Made by a program: the position numbers and the translations under genes. 64,000 bases of DNA from Christensenellaceae bacterium Phil1 (GTDB lineage: Bacteria > Bacillota > Clostridia > Christensenellales > CAG-138): contig MSGS01000065.1 in NCBI GenBank assembly GCA_001940855.1, forward strand, positions 19,107 to 83,106, in the 5' to 3' direction. Below, piece by piece: positions 55,509-64,000 of this stretch (its first letter is position 1; each line of letters begins with the position of its first letter). The notes below the pieces were generated by a model. That model saw only the letters and a program-made list of their open reading frames with translations, searched no databases and was not told the DNA's origin.

Positions 55509-55975
55509 TACTGGGAATATTGAGCGACACGCACGGCGATACGGACGCGGTGAAGCGCGTGTATGCAGCGCTGCCCAATGCCGATGCATGGGCATTCCTC
55601 GGCGACGGGCAGCGCGAAGCGAACTGGCTGCGTGAACACAGCGGCAAGCCGGTATACACCGTTAAGGGCAACTGCGACGCGGGGGACATTGCAGAGGAGC
55701 AGGTGATAACGCTCGGCGGGGTGCGCATATTCATGACGCACGGCCACGCCTATGCCATTGCGCTGAACAGCTACCGCCTGATGCTCCGTGCGCAGGAGCT
55801 GGACTGCGCCGTTGCCCTGTACGGGCATACGCATGTTTCGGAAATAGAGTACGCGGGCGGGGTGCAGATAGTCTGCCCCGGCAGTCCCAGCGTGCCGCGC
55901 CGCGGCAGGCGCAAAAGCTTCGCCAAGCTCGAAATAGAAAACGGCAGCGCCATGGCAAGCATAGTTGCGCTGTGA
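55505..55975 (+). CDS. YfcE/YsnB-family metallophosphoesterase
   Basis: MILGILSDTHGD...GDG...THGH...GHTH motifs. The start overlaps the rdgB stop (ATGA). Confidence 0.88.
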   Translation: MILGILSDTHGDTDAVKRVYAALPNADAWAFLGDGQREANWLREHSGKPVYTVKGNCDAGDIAEEQVITLGGVRIFMTHGHAYAIALNSYRLMLRAQELDCAVALYGHTHVSEIEYAGGVQIVCPGSPSVPRRGRRKSFAKLEIENGSAMASIVAL

Positions 55976-55986
55976 CGTTTAACCCA

Positions 55987-57726
55987 TTACCGTTCCTTCA
56001 GCCCTGCCACGGCTTCCTCGCTCGGGGTGACGTAGGCGGTTTTGTTGGTTGTGTATATCACCATGCCGGGCTTTGCACCGGCGGGCTTTTTAACGTATTT
56101 TCGCGGCGTGTAGTCAACGGCAACGTTCTCGCTGCCCCTTGCGCGGCTGTAATACGCCGCAAGCAGCGCCGCTTCTGTCATGGTGGCGGTGTCCTGCTCG
56201 CTCGCGCCCTTGACTATAACATGGCTGCCGGGTATGTTCTTGGCGTGCATCCATATGTCGTTTGGCGAAGCGAAGCGCAGCGTCAGCTCGTCGTTCTGGC
56301 GGTTGTTTTTGCCCACGTATATGTCCGCACCCGTGGAGGATACGAAGTGCATGGGCTTTGATGCGGCAAGCTTCATTTTCTTTTTGCCGCCCTTGTCCCG
56401 CTTTATGTAGCCCTGGTCCTTCAGCTCCTCTATAAGCTCGCTCAGCTCGTTTTCCGCGGTGCATTTGGTCAAATTGTCAAGCTGGCCTTCAAGGTAGTTC
56501 AGTTCACTCAGTGTTTGCTCCCGCTGAACAATCGCCATGTCCCGCGCGGCCTTCAGCTTTTGATACTTTTTATAATACCGCTGCGCGTTTTCCCCGGGCG
56601 TAAGCTGCCTGTCCAGCGGAATGGCTATGCGCTCCACTGGGTCCGCATAATAGTTATCCACCGCCGCTGTGTCCGTTCCGCTTTTGAGCGAATGCAGATT
56701 TGCCGTGAGCAGCTCGCCGTAAAGGCGGCATTTTTCCATCTGCTCCTCGCTGTTGAGCGCGTCCGCGTAAAGGGCAAGCTTCTTTTCGCAGCGTTCAATG
56801 TTGTTTTGAAGCACCTTTCTTGCGCTTGCGCCGTGCCGCTTGGCCCATTCGCGCCTGTCGCTGTTTATATAAAGGCTGTCCAAAGCCTCGCCAATGCTGT
56901 CGTACAGCTTAATTCCGCTGCCGGAAATTGCGAAGGGATACACCGCCTCCGTCTCGCCAAGGGCGTTGAGCACGGCGCTTGCCTTCTCCTTGCCATGCGC
57001 CATGTCCGCATAGAAGGCGGCAAGCCTTTCCGCAAGCTCCTCCCGCTCCGCTTCGCTTAGCTGAGTGCATTCGGTTTTATCGGTATATCTTGCAGCAAGC
57101 TGCGCCGCAACGGCGGGGGATAGGCCGAAAAACGCATTGCTCAGCGCCTTTGCAATGCTCATGCCAACCATGCACATAGCCATGGAAAAGTCATCGGCAG
57201 AGGCCTTTGACGGGTCCTGCTTGTCCTGCGCGGGGGGCGCGGAATACTCAAGCCCCGGCATAACGAAGCGCACGCTGCTCATCCCAAGGCCAACGTGCTT
57301 TATCGCATCCACTATAACGCCCTTTTCATTCACCAGTATAATGTTTGAATGCTTGCCCATCAGCTCGCAGTAAAGGGCAAATACGCTCAGGTCGCCAAGG
57401 TCGTTGTATGTTTCTATGCTTATTTTAAGCACCCTGTCCAGCCGCTCCTGCTCAAAGCGCACTATTTTGCCGCCGGCAATGCGCTTCCTAAGCAGCATGC
57501 AGAACATTGGCGCTTCGCTCGGGGCCTGCTTTTTAAGCTCCGTAAGCTGCACGCGGTTGTCCGCAGCCGATGCGTTTATAAGCAGCCTATATGTCTGCCC
57601 AAGGCTGCGCACCATCAAAAGCAGCTCCTCTTTATCGGTTTGCTGAATTTTGTCTATCTTTCCGCCCGCAAGGCGCTTGTTCAGTTCGTTCATAGCGCTG
57701 TACAGGCTCAGTCCGTCCATGGGCAT
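55987..57726 (-). CDS. rqcH: Ribosome quality-control factor RqcH (NFACT/FbpA family)
   Basis: The N-terminus MDGLSLYSAMNELNKRLAGGKIDKIQQ is an NFACT-N domain. A coiled-coil middle follows, and the C-terminus has IYVGKNNRQNDELT...DIWMHAKNIPGSHVIV. Confidence 0.9.
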   Translation of the reverse strand: MPMDGLSLYSAMNELNKRLAGGKIDKIQQTDKEELLLMVRSLGQTYRLLINASAADNRVQLTELKKQAPSEAPMFCMLLRKRIAGGKIVRFEQERLDRVLKISIETYNDLGDLSVFALYCELMGKHSNIILVNEKGVIVDAIKHVGLGMSSVRFVMPGLEYSAPPAQDKQDPSKASADDFSMAMCMVGMSIAKALSNAFFGLSPAVAAQLAARYTDKTECTQLSEAEREELAERLAAFYADMAHGKEKASAVLNALGETEAVYPFAISGSGIKLYDSIGEALDSLYINSDRREWAKRHGASARKVLQNNIERCEKKLALYADALNSEEQMEKCRLYGELLTANLHSLKSGTDTAAVDNYYADPVERIAIPLDRQLTPGENAQRYYKKYQKLKAARDMAIVQREQTLSELNYLEGQLDNLTKCTAENELSELIEELKDQGYIKRDKGGKKKMKLAASKPMHFVSSTGADIYVGKNNRQNDELTLRFASPNDIWMHAKNIPGSHVIVKGASEQDTATMTEAALLAAYYSRARGSENVAVDYTPRKYVKKPAGAKPGMVIYTTNKTAYVTPSEEAVAGLKER

Positions 57727-57760
57727 TTGGTATCATCTCCGTTCGTGCGGCATATGCGCG

Positions 57761-58366
57761 CTATCGCCGCTCAAGCCTTGCAATGGATAGCTCATACGCG
57801 GTTTTTTCGAGCATTATGCCGTTTTCGTTCTTTGTGTATTGGCGGCTTTGCAGCCTGCCCTCTATGCGCACCCGCGCGCCTATGCAAAGCTCCTTCGCTG
57901 CGTGCGCCGCGCCGCCCCACGCTATGCAGGGTATGTAGTCCGCCTTTTTATAGTCGCGGTTCACGGCGATGAGCATATCCGTTATCTCCCGCCCGAAGGG
58001 GGTTGTGCGGAACACGGTCTCGCGGCATATGCAGCCGGTGAGCGTAACGCTGTTCACATGGCCGCAGTCCGCCCGGCAGCATTCTATGCGCCGCGCAAAC
58101 GGCCTCAGCAGCAGCCTGTTCGCGCCGTCCACATGGCGGTTGTAGGAGCGCAGCTCCCCGTTAAACTCAATCGTGTCCCCGATGCGGAAGCCTTTCATCA
58201 GCCTGCCCGGCACGGTTATGGGCAGCGTGTCCGCCGTGCCGCTCAGGCGCATTATCTCTATTTTGCCAAGATACAGCGTTTCGCCGTAGGCCTCATGCTC
58301 CGCCGTAAGCGGCTCTATAAGCCTGCCCCGCATAAACAGTCCGTTTTCATCCCGCGTGTAGCCCAT
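57761..58366 (-). CDS. SSB-like protein with two tandem OB folds and no acidic C-terminal tail
   Basis: The C-terminal half NSVTLTGCICRETVFRTTPFGREITDMLIAVNRDYKKADYIPCIAWGGAAHAAKELCIGARVRIEGRLQSRQY is SSB-like. The N-terminal half (AYGETLYLGKIEIMRLSGTADTLPITVPGRL...FNGELRSYN) looks like a second, diverged OB fold. ATG 58366 has a GGAGAG RBS. Confidence 0.65.
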   Translation of the reverse strand: MGYTRDENGLFMRGRLIEPLTAEHEAYGETLYLGKIEIMRLSGTADTLPITVPGRLMKGFRIGDTIEFNGELRSYNRHVDGANRLLLRPFARRIECCRADCGHVNSVTLTGCICRETVFRTTPFGREITDMLIAVNRDYKKADYIPCIAWGGAAHAAKELCIGARVRIEGRLQSRQYTKNENGIMLEKTAYELSIARLERR

Positions 58367-58421
58367 ATCCACTCTCCATAGCATGTAATGATGCTATATG
58401 GATATGCCGCCGCCCGTCGGG

Positions 58422-60845
58422 TTATGAATCCAGCCTGTATGCTCCCGTCACCACGTCGTCCAGCAGCGCCATAACAAGTATGCTGCCCTTGCCCGCGCGC
58501 GGCTCTATATGGACAAGCTCCGTCGTGTCTATCCGCGTTTCGGTCCCGTGGAACTGGCGCACGGCGAATGGGAAGGGCATTGTAACATGGAAAGCGGCTG
58601 CTATGCAGGTGCCGTTGCTGCCGTTCTTCTTAAAATCGAATGTCTTTAAGCCCTTGCCGTTGCGGCCCTGTATATCGTATTCGAATACAAAGCTGCGCTT
58701 TGCGTAGCCGCGGTCGGTCAGGGTCAAAATCTCGCCCTCGTCCGTTATTTGGCCGAAGTATACAACCTCATCCCCCGCGTCCAGCTTTATGCATTTAACG
58801 CCGCTGCTCACGCGGCCCATTTCGGGTATTGTGTCCGGCTCAAAGCGTATGCTCATGCCCTGCTTTGTTATCAGCAGTATCGTGCGCTCTTCGCCCGCGT
58901 CCGGCTCAATGCCTATTATCTCGTCAGCATCCTTCAGCGCGGCGGCCTGGATCTTCTTTGTTTTTGTTATGTATTCGGCGGCCTTTGTGCGCTTTATGCT
59001 GCCCTGCTTGGTGAAGAAGAGCAGGTCGCCTTCGCCCATCGTGTCAAAGCAGGCGATGAGCATTTCGTTCTTTTCAAGCGCGGCAATCGTGTTCAGGTTA
59101 ACTGCCTTCGCGCCGGGCTTTGTCTCCGCAATGTCGTCCACGCTCAGCGTTATAAGGCTGCCAAGGTTGGTGAAAAGCTTTATCCGCTTGTCCGTTGACG
59201 TATCGAAGAGCCACCTTGCGCGCTCGGCCTCAGTATTAAGCGTGTCCCGCTGCCGCCTTGGTACGCGCCTCAGCTTACCGTCCGCGCTTATTGCAACGCT
59301 CACGTCCACCGCGGCTATCTCCGCCTCGTTCACCTCTATCGCCGGTTCGGCGTTTATAATCTCCGTCATGCGGGGCTTAGCGTACTTTTCCCGTATTTCA
59401 CCGAGCTCGCCCTTTATGACCTGATGCAGCCTTTGCGGGGAGGCCAGTATGGCGTTGAGTTCCTTTATTGTTTTAAGTATGTCCTTATGCTCCCTCTCGA
59501 TAGCCAGCAGTTCAAGGTTGGTCAGCCTTTGCAGACGCAAATCCAAAATGGCCTGCGCCTGAATTTCAGTCAATTCAAAGCGCTTCATCAGCGCTTCGCG
59601 CGCGATTTTGGGCGTTTTTGATGCGCGTATAATGGCTATTACCTCGTCTATATTCATCACGGCTATGGAAAGGCCGTTCAATATATGCTCCCGCTTCATT
59701 GCCGCGTCCAGGTCAAAGCGCGTGCGCCGCGTTACAACGTCCTCCTGATGGGCAATGTAATAGCGCAGCATATCCTTAAGCCCAAGCTGCTGCGGCTTGC
59801 CTTCCGCTATGGCGACCATGTTCACGCCGAAGGTCACCTGAAGATCTGAATATTTATAAAGGTATTGCAGTATCTTTTGCGCGTCCGCATCCTTTTTGAC
59901 CTCTATAACGGCTCTCATGCCCATTCGGTCGGATTCGTCGCGTATGTCGCTTACGCCGGCGAACATGGCCTTCTTTTCCTGCGTTATTTTCAGTATGCCT
60001 TCAAGGGCGCGGGCTTTGTTCACCTGATAGGGCATTTCGGTGGCCACTATCAGCTTTTTGCCGTTCTTCTGCTCCTCTATGTGGCACTTTGCGCGCACGG
60101 TAAGCTTGCCGCGGCCCGTTTCGTAGGCGGCGCGTATTTCATCGCTTGCCAGTATGTAGCCGCCCGTGGGGAAATCGGGGCAGGGGATTATTTGCATAAG
60201 CTCGTCAAGGCTTATGTCCGGCTTCTCCATCTGCGCGATAACGGCGTCTATTGTCTCGGCAAAGTTATGCGGCGGTATGGCCGTTGCAAGGCCCACGGCT
60301 ATGCCGTTAGCGCCGTTTACAAGCAGGTTCGGGAAGCGGCCGGGCAGCACGTCCGGCTCCTTTTCCGTATCGTCAAAGTTAAGGCTGAACTTTACCGTGT
60401 CCTTATCTATGTCGCGCAGCAGCTCAAGCGCAAGCGGCGTCATCCTCGCTTCGGTATAGCGCATTGCGGCGGCGCTGTCGCCGTCTATGCTGCCGAAGTT
60501 GCCGTGCCCGTCCACAAGCGGCGCGCGCATATTGAAATCCTGCGCCATGCGCACCATTGCGTCATATACGCTGGAATCCCCGTGCGGGTGATATTTACCC
60601 AGGCAGTCGCCCACTATACGCGCGCTTTTCCTGTGCGGCTTATCGGGCGTGTTGCCAAGGCCGAGCATTGTGTAAAGTATCCTGCGCTGCACGGGCTTCA
60701 GCCCGTCCTCAACGCGGGGCAGGGCGCGTTCCAGTATTACATGCTCGGCATAGGGCAGCATGGATTCATGCATAACGTCGTCCATGCTCTTTGTCAGTAT
60801 GTTCTTATCCGCCGCAATGGGCGGCCTTTCGTCCTTTTTAGCCAT
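58422..60845 (-). CDS. Type IIA DNA topoisomerase subunit A (GyrA/ParC family, with ParC-like signatures)
   Basis: [21 protein letters not shown]...[22 protein letters not shown]...[10 protein letters not shown] contains the active-site Tyr region. KPVQRRILY and GDSSVY resemble Gram-positive ParC more than GyrA. The locus is not next to dnaA, dnaN or recF. Confidence 0.93.
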   Translation of the reverse strand: MAKKDERPPIAADKNILTKSMDDVMHESMLPYAEHVILERALPRVEDGLKPVQRRILYTMLGLGNTPDKPHRKSARIVGDCLGKYHPHGDSSVYDAMVRMAQDFNMRAPLVDGHGNFGSIDGDSAAAMRYTEARMTPLALELLRDIDKDTVKFSLNFDDTEKEPDVLPGRFPNLLVNGANGIAVGLATAIPPHNFAETIDAVIAQMEKPDISLDELMQIIPCPDFPTGGYILASDEIRAAYETGRGKLTVRAKCHIEEQKNGKKLIVATEMPYQVNKARALEGILKITQEKKAMFAGVSDIRDESDRMGMRAVIEVKKDADAQKILQYLYKYSDLQVTFGVNMVAIAEGKPQQLGLKDMLRYYIAHQEDVVTRRTRFDLDAAMKREHILNGLSIAVMNIDEVIAIIRASKTPKIAREALMKRFELTEIQAQAILDLRLQRLTNLELLAIEREHKDILKTIKELNAILASPQRLHQVIKGELGEIREKYAKPRMTEIINAEPAIEVNEAEIAAVDVSVAISADGKLRRVPRRQRDTLNTEAERARWLFDTSTDKRIKLFTNLGSLITLSVDDIAETKPGAKAVNLNTIAALEKNEMLIACFDTMGEGDLLFFTKQGSIKRTKAAEYITKTKKIQAAALKDADEIIGIEPDAGEERTILLITKQGMSIRFEPDTIPEMGRVSSGVKCIKLDAGDEVVYFGQITDEGEILTLTDRGYAKRSFVFEYDIQGRNGKGLKTFDFKKNGSNGTCIAAAFHVTMPFPFAVRQFHGTETRIDTTELVHIEPRAGKGSILVMALLDDVVTGAYRLDS

Positions 60846-62835
60846 TTACCTTAGCGCTCCCTTCTGCGTTATTGCGCTGCGCCTTTTCCGCCTTTTCTTC
60901 AAAGGCGTCGGTTTTGTTGAAATTGGCGTATTCGCTTATGTATTCCTTGCGCGGGCCAACCTTGTCGCCCATCAGCAGGGTAACAAGGTGCTCAACGTCC
61001 GCCGTGTCCTCTATGTTCACGCGCACAAGCGTGCGGTTTTCGGGGTTCATGGTGGTGTCCCAAAGCTGCTCCGGGTTCATCTCGCCAAGGCCCTTGTAGC
61101 GCTGCAGGCTGTATCCCTTGCCTATTGCTTTAAGCGCCTTGTTCAGCGCCGCGTCGTCGTAAAGATACTGCACGTTCGTGCCCTTTTGCAGCTTATAAAG
61201 CGGCGGCTGGCCCATGTATACATGGCCCTCGGTAATAAGCTCCTTCATATAGCGATAGAAGAAGGTGAGCAATATGGCCCGAATATGCGCGCCGTCCTGA
61301 TCGGCATCGGAAAGTATTATGATCTTGTCGTACTTCAGGCCGGATATATCAAAATCCTCGCCTATGCCGGTGCCTATCGCGGTTATTATGGAGCGGAACT
61401 CCTCGTTTTGCAGTACCTGGTCTATGCGCTTCTTTTCAACGTTTAGCGGCTTGCCCCTCAGCGGCAATATTGCCTGGAAGCGCCTGTCGCGCCCTTGCTT
61501 GGCGCTGCCGCCTGCGCTGTCGCCCTCAACTATAAAAAGCTCGTTTATCTTATAATCCCTGCCCGTGCAGCTTGAAAGCTTGCCCACGAGCGGCGCGTTA
61601 TCCAGCTTGTTCTTTTCCCGCGCCATGGATTTTGCCTTGCGGGCGGATTCGCGCACCTTTGCCGCCTTAATGGCCTTGTCCGCCATGAGGGAGGCCGTTT
61701 CGCTGTTCTTCAAATCCTCAAGGAAGGGCGTAAGAAATTCGTTCATAACGAACTCCACTGCGGGCTTGGCTTCCGTGTTGCCAAGGCGTGTTTTGGTCTG
61801 CCCTTCAAACTGTACAGAGTGCATCTTCAGCGCAAGCACCACCGTAAGCCCTTCGCGGAAGTCCTCGCCGCTAAGGGATGCGTCCTTCTCCTTCAGCAGG
61901 CCGCTTTTGCGGCAGTAATCGTTCATTATCTTCGTAAGCGCGCTTTTGAAGCCCGTTTCGTGCGTGCCGCCTTCGGTGGTGGGTATGTTGTTCACGTAGG
62001 AAAACATGCTTTCCGTGTAGCCGTCGTTATGCTGCATGGCAAGCTCAACCACTATGCCGTCCTTCGTTCCGCTTATGTGTATGGGTTCGGGGTAAAGCGG
62101 GGTCTTGTCCGCATTGAGATATTTTACAAAGTCCGAAAGGCCGCCCTCGAAGCAATACTCGCGTTCCTTTTTGTCCCCGCGCGTGCGCTCATCGGTAAGC
62201 GTAAAGCGAACCCCGCGGTTAAGGTAGGCAAGCTCCCTGAGCCGCTTTGATATTATTTCAAAGTTCATGTCCAGCGTTTCAAAAACGCGCCTGTCCGGCA
62301 GGAATGTAACCCTTGTGCCGCGCTTCCTTGTGCGGCCTGTCTCCTGAAGCGGGCCTTCCGGTATGCCGGAATGGGTGTTGCCTTCGGCGTCTATATAGCT
62401 ATGGAACCGCTGAATATAGCTTTTGCCCTCGGTAGCGACCTCAACTATGACGTACTCGCTAAGCGCGTTTACAACGCTTGCGCCAACGCCGTGCAGACCG
62501 CCGGAGAAGCCGTATGCATCGTTATCGAATTTGCCGCCGGCGTGCAGCTGGGTATACACTACCTCAACGCCGCTCACCCCCAGCTTTTCATGTATGCCAA
62601 CGGGTATGCCGCGGCCGTTATCCTCAACGGTTACGGAATTATCCTTATTCAATGTAACGTTTATCGTGTCCGCAAAGCCGTTGGCGGCTTCGTCCACGGC
62701 GTTGTCAACAATTTCCCAAAGCATGTGGTGCAGCCCGCGCGCACCGGTGGAGCCGATGTACATGCCGGGGCGCATACGCACGGCCTCAAGCCCCTCCATT
62801 ACCTTAATATCGCTTACGGTATAGTCTTTAGACAT
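60838..62835 (-). CDS. Type IIA DNA topoisomerase subunit B (GyrB/ParE family)
   Basis: 665 aa from ATG 62835 (GGAGGG RBS). [35 protein letters not shown], the TOPRIM motif [19 protein letters not shown] and PLRGKPLNV are present. It overlaps the subunit A start by 8 nt. Confidence 0.93.
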   Translation of the reverse strand: MSKDYTVSDIKVMEGLEAVRMRPGMYIGSTGARGLHHMLWEIVDNAVDEAANGFADTINVTLNKDNSVTVEDNGRGIPVGIHEKLGVSGVEVVYTQLHAGGKFDNDAYGFSGGLHGVGASVVNALSEYVIVEVATEGKSYIQRFHSYIDAEGNTHSGIPEGPLQETGRTRKRGTRVTFLPDRRVFETLDMNFEIISKRLRELAYLNRGVRFTLTDERTRGDKKEREYCFEGGLSDFVKYLNADKTPLYPEPIHISGTKDGIVVELAMQHNDGYTESMFSYVNNIPTTEGGTHETGFKSALTKIMNDYCRKSGLLKEKDASLSGEDFREGLTVVLALKMHSVQFEGQTKTRLGNTEAKPAVEFVMNEFLTPFLEDLKNSETASLMADKAIKAAKVRESARKAKSMAREKNKLDNAPLVGKLSSCTGRDYKINELFIVEGDSAGGSAKQGRDRRFQAILPLRGKPLNVEKKRIDQVLQNEEFRSIITAIGTGIGEDFDISGLKYDKIIILSDADQDGAHIRAILLTFFYRYMKELITEGHVYMGQPPLYKLQKGTNVQYLYDDAALNKALKAIGKGYSLQRYKGLGEMNPEQLWDTTMNPENRTLVRVNIEDTADVEHLVTLLMGDKVGPRKEYISEYANFNKTDAFEEKAEKAQRNNAEGSAKVNG

Positions 62836-62983
62836 ATTCCCTCCAAGTGCGCCGCAGCGCAGAATAAAATCAATATTAACCAATTTTATATTATAATACA
62901 ATGGCTTATTCTGGACAAGTCAAGCACGGATATTTAACTTTTTTACCGGTAAAACTAATCAAAAACCGAAAAGAGGTGACATT

Positions 62984-63412
62984 ATGAACGACACGGCGGA
63001 AATATGCCGCGAAATTAGCGACAGTGCGGACATGGGCAAGGCGGCGCTGAGCCGGCTTATAAAGCGCTGCCGCGACGCATCGTTTTGCAGCGTTATGGCG
63101 GACATGTTCGCGAACTATCACGAACTGTATAACGATGCGCAGGAGATAATAAGGGAGCTTGGTCAGCACGATTCGGGCGCAGGCGCAAAGCAGAAAAAGC
63201 CCATGCTTATCGGCCTTGCGCTGAACACGGCGATAGACAGCACGCCTTCGCATTTAGCCGAAATGCTGGTGCAGGGCTGCGCGATGAGCCTTATAAACAT
63301 TGCCCGGGCGGAAAACGAATGCGTCCGCGCGGATGCAAAGGCAATGTGCTTATGCAAGCGCGCCCGCAGGAACGAGCAGGAAAACATTCAGCGCCTGCTC
63401 AAGTTCGTTTGA
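62984..63412 (+). CDS. Hypothetical helical protein
   Basis: 142-aa ORF with an AGAGGTGA RBS. I recognise no family. Confidence 0.5.
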   Translation: MNDTAEICREISDSADMGKAALSRLIKRCRDASFCSVMADMFANYHELYNDAQEIIRELGQHDSGAGAKQKKPMLIGLALNTAIDSTPSHLAEMLVQGCAMSLINIARAENECVRADAKAMCLCKRARRNEQENIQRLLKFV

Positions 63413-63946
63413 TCATTCGCGGGTAAGCTCGGAATATATCGCGCTGAACACGGCCTGGCTGCGTTCTTCCCAAACGTCGCACGCATGGCGGGCCGTGGCC
63501 TCATCAGGCAGCAGCAGCTCTATTTTGACCAAATCACCGTGCGGCTCCATAGCCCTCAGCGTTACTCTGCGGGCGGTCTCGCTTGCGCTGTCGCGCTCTA
63601 TTTTGGTTGCGAAGCGCGTACGGCGTATCAATACGGGCGCGTATTCCGCGGCGCGTGCGGCGATCTTGTCCCTCAGCGACCCGGGCAGCCGCACGGCGAA
63701 CATATCGAGCGTCTGCTCACCCTGCGGCGTGACGAAATACGCCTGCCCATATGGGCGCGGCACGGCGCTTATAAGCCCTTCCTCCTCCAGCTCATACGCG
63801 GCGTTCTGCACCGCGAAATACCCAAGCAGATCATATATGCCGAAAAAGTCCGAAAGCTGCTCCTTGGTGGGCTGCATGCCGAGCGCCTTCAGCCCGTGAA
63901 GCACCATCAGCTTGTCCTTAGTAACTCCCGTTGAAAAGTATTCCAT
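63413..63946 (-). CDS. Hypothetical protein, possibly winged-helix (PadR-like/DUF4364-like)
   Basis: 177 aa with a GAGGAG RBS. The N-terminus KLMVLHGLKALGMQPTKEQLSDFF...ELEEEGLISAVPRPYGQAYFVTPQGEQTL resembles PadR-type wHTH proteins. The family name is from memory and was not searched. Confidence 0.55.
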   Translation of the reverse strand: MEYFSTGVTKDKLMVLHGLKALGMQPTKEQLSDFFGIYDLLGYFAVQNAAYELEEEGLISAVPRPYGQAYFVTPQGEQTLDMFAVRLPGSLRDKIAARAAEYAPVLIRRTRFATKIERDSASETARRVTLRAMEPHGDLVKIELLLPDEATARHACDVWEERSQAVFSAIYSELTRE

Positions 63947-64000
63947 GTTTTCTCCTCATAGCACAGCTTTATATAATTATAGCATAAAACGCGGCGTATA

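Noticed and set aside
59865-60854. 329-aa plus-strand ORF, with similar long ORFs at 40359-41246, 46460-47449, 48990-50000 and 62371-62937
   Set aside because: All are antisense to genes with clear family motifs (topoisomerase subunits, PrsA-like lipoproteins, histidine kinase). They show typical high-GC antisense composition and have no RBS.

Overview
This 64-kb window looks like a chromosomal segment of a moderately high-GC, endospore-forming Firmicute. The class-level guess (Clostridia, Oscillospiraceae-like) is an inference from gene content (spoIIP, gpr, gerM-like, SpoVB/YabM-like) and composition only. I support about 56 protein-coding genes. I saw no rRNA, tRNA, CRISPR array, transposase or integrase. 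Most genes are housekeeping: proS, ppdK, ispDF, hup, mazG/yabN, xth, ltaE, trmO, iscR-iscS-iscU, glgP, mfd-pth, pgsA, rpsT, rdgB, rqcH and a type IIA topoisomerase B/A pair. Several short gene orders are shared with Bacillus. Two things stand out. (1) The left 6.7 kb is a lower-GC, tightly packed operon cut by the window edge. It encodes an E1-like ThiF-family protein, a 1455-aa soluble ATPase with four FtsK/EssC-like modules, a WXG100-like protein and a membrane M48 metallopeptidase. I do not recognise this combination as a described system, and it is my best candidate for a novel Ubl-linked or T7SS-like system. (2) A family of roughly 55-nt two-hairpin modules is scattered through at least six intergenic regions. 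It occurs as solo copies, as inverted pairs (about 145-175 nt) and as a 480-nt array bounded by terminal inverted repeats, with compensatory base changes in the stems. Smaller items: an MntA/HepT toxin-antitoxin pair, an SPFH plus ribbon-helix-helix pair, a probable leaderless mRNA, a Cys-rich J-domain protein, an esterase-acyltransferase fusion and a tandem-OB SSB-like protein. All calls come from reading the sequence and translated ORFs by eye. No database search was run. Hand-indexed motif coordinates may be off by 1-2 nt.
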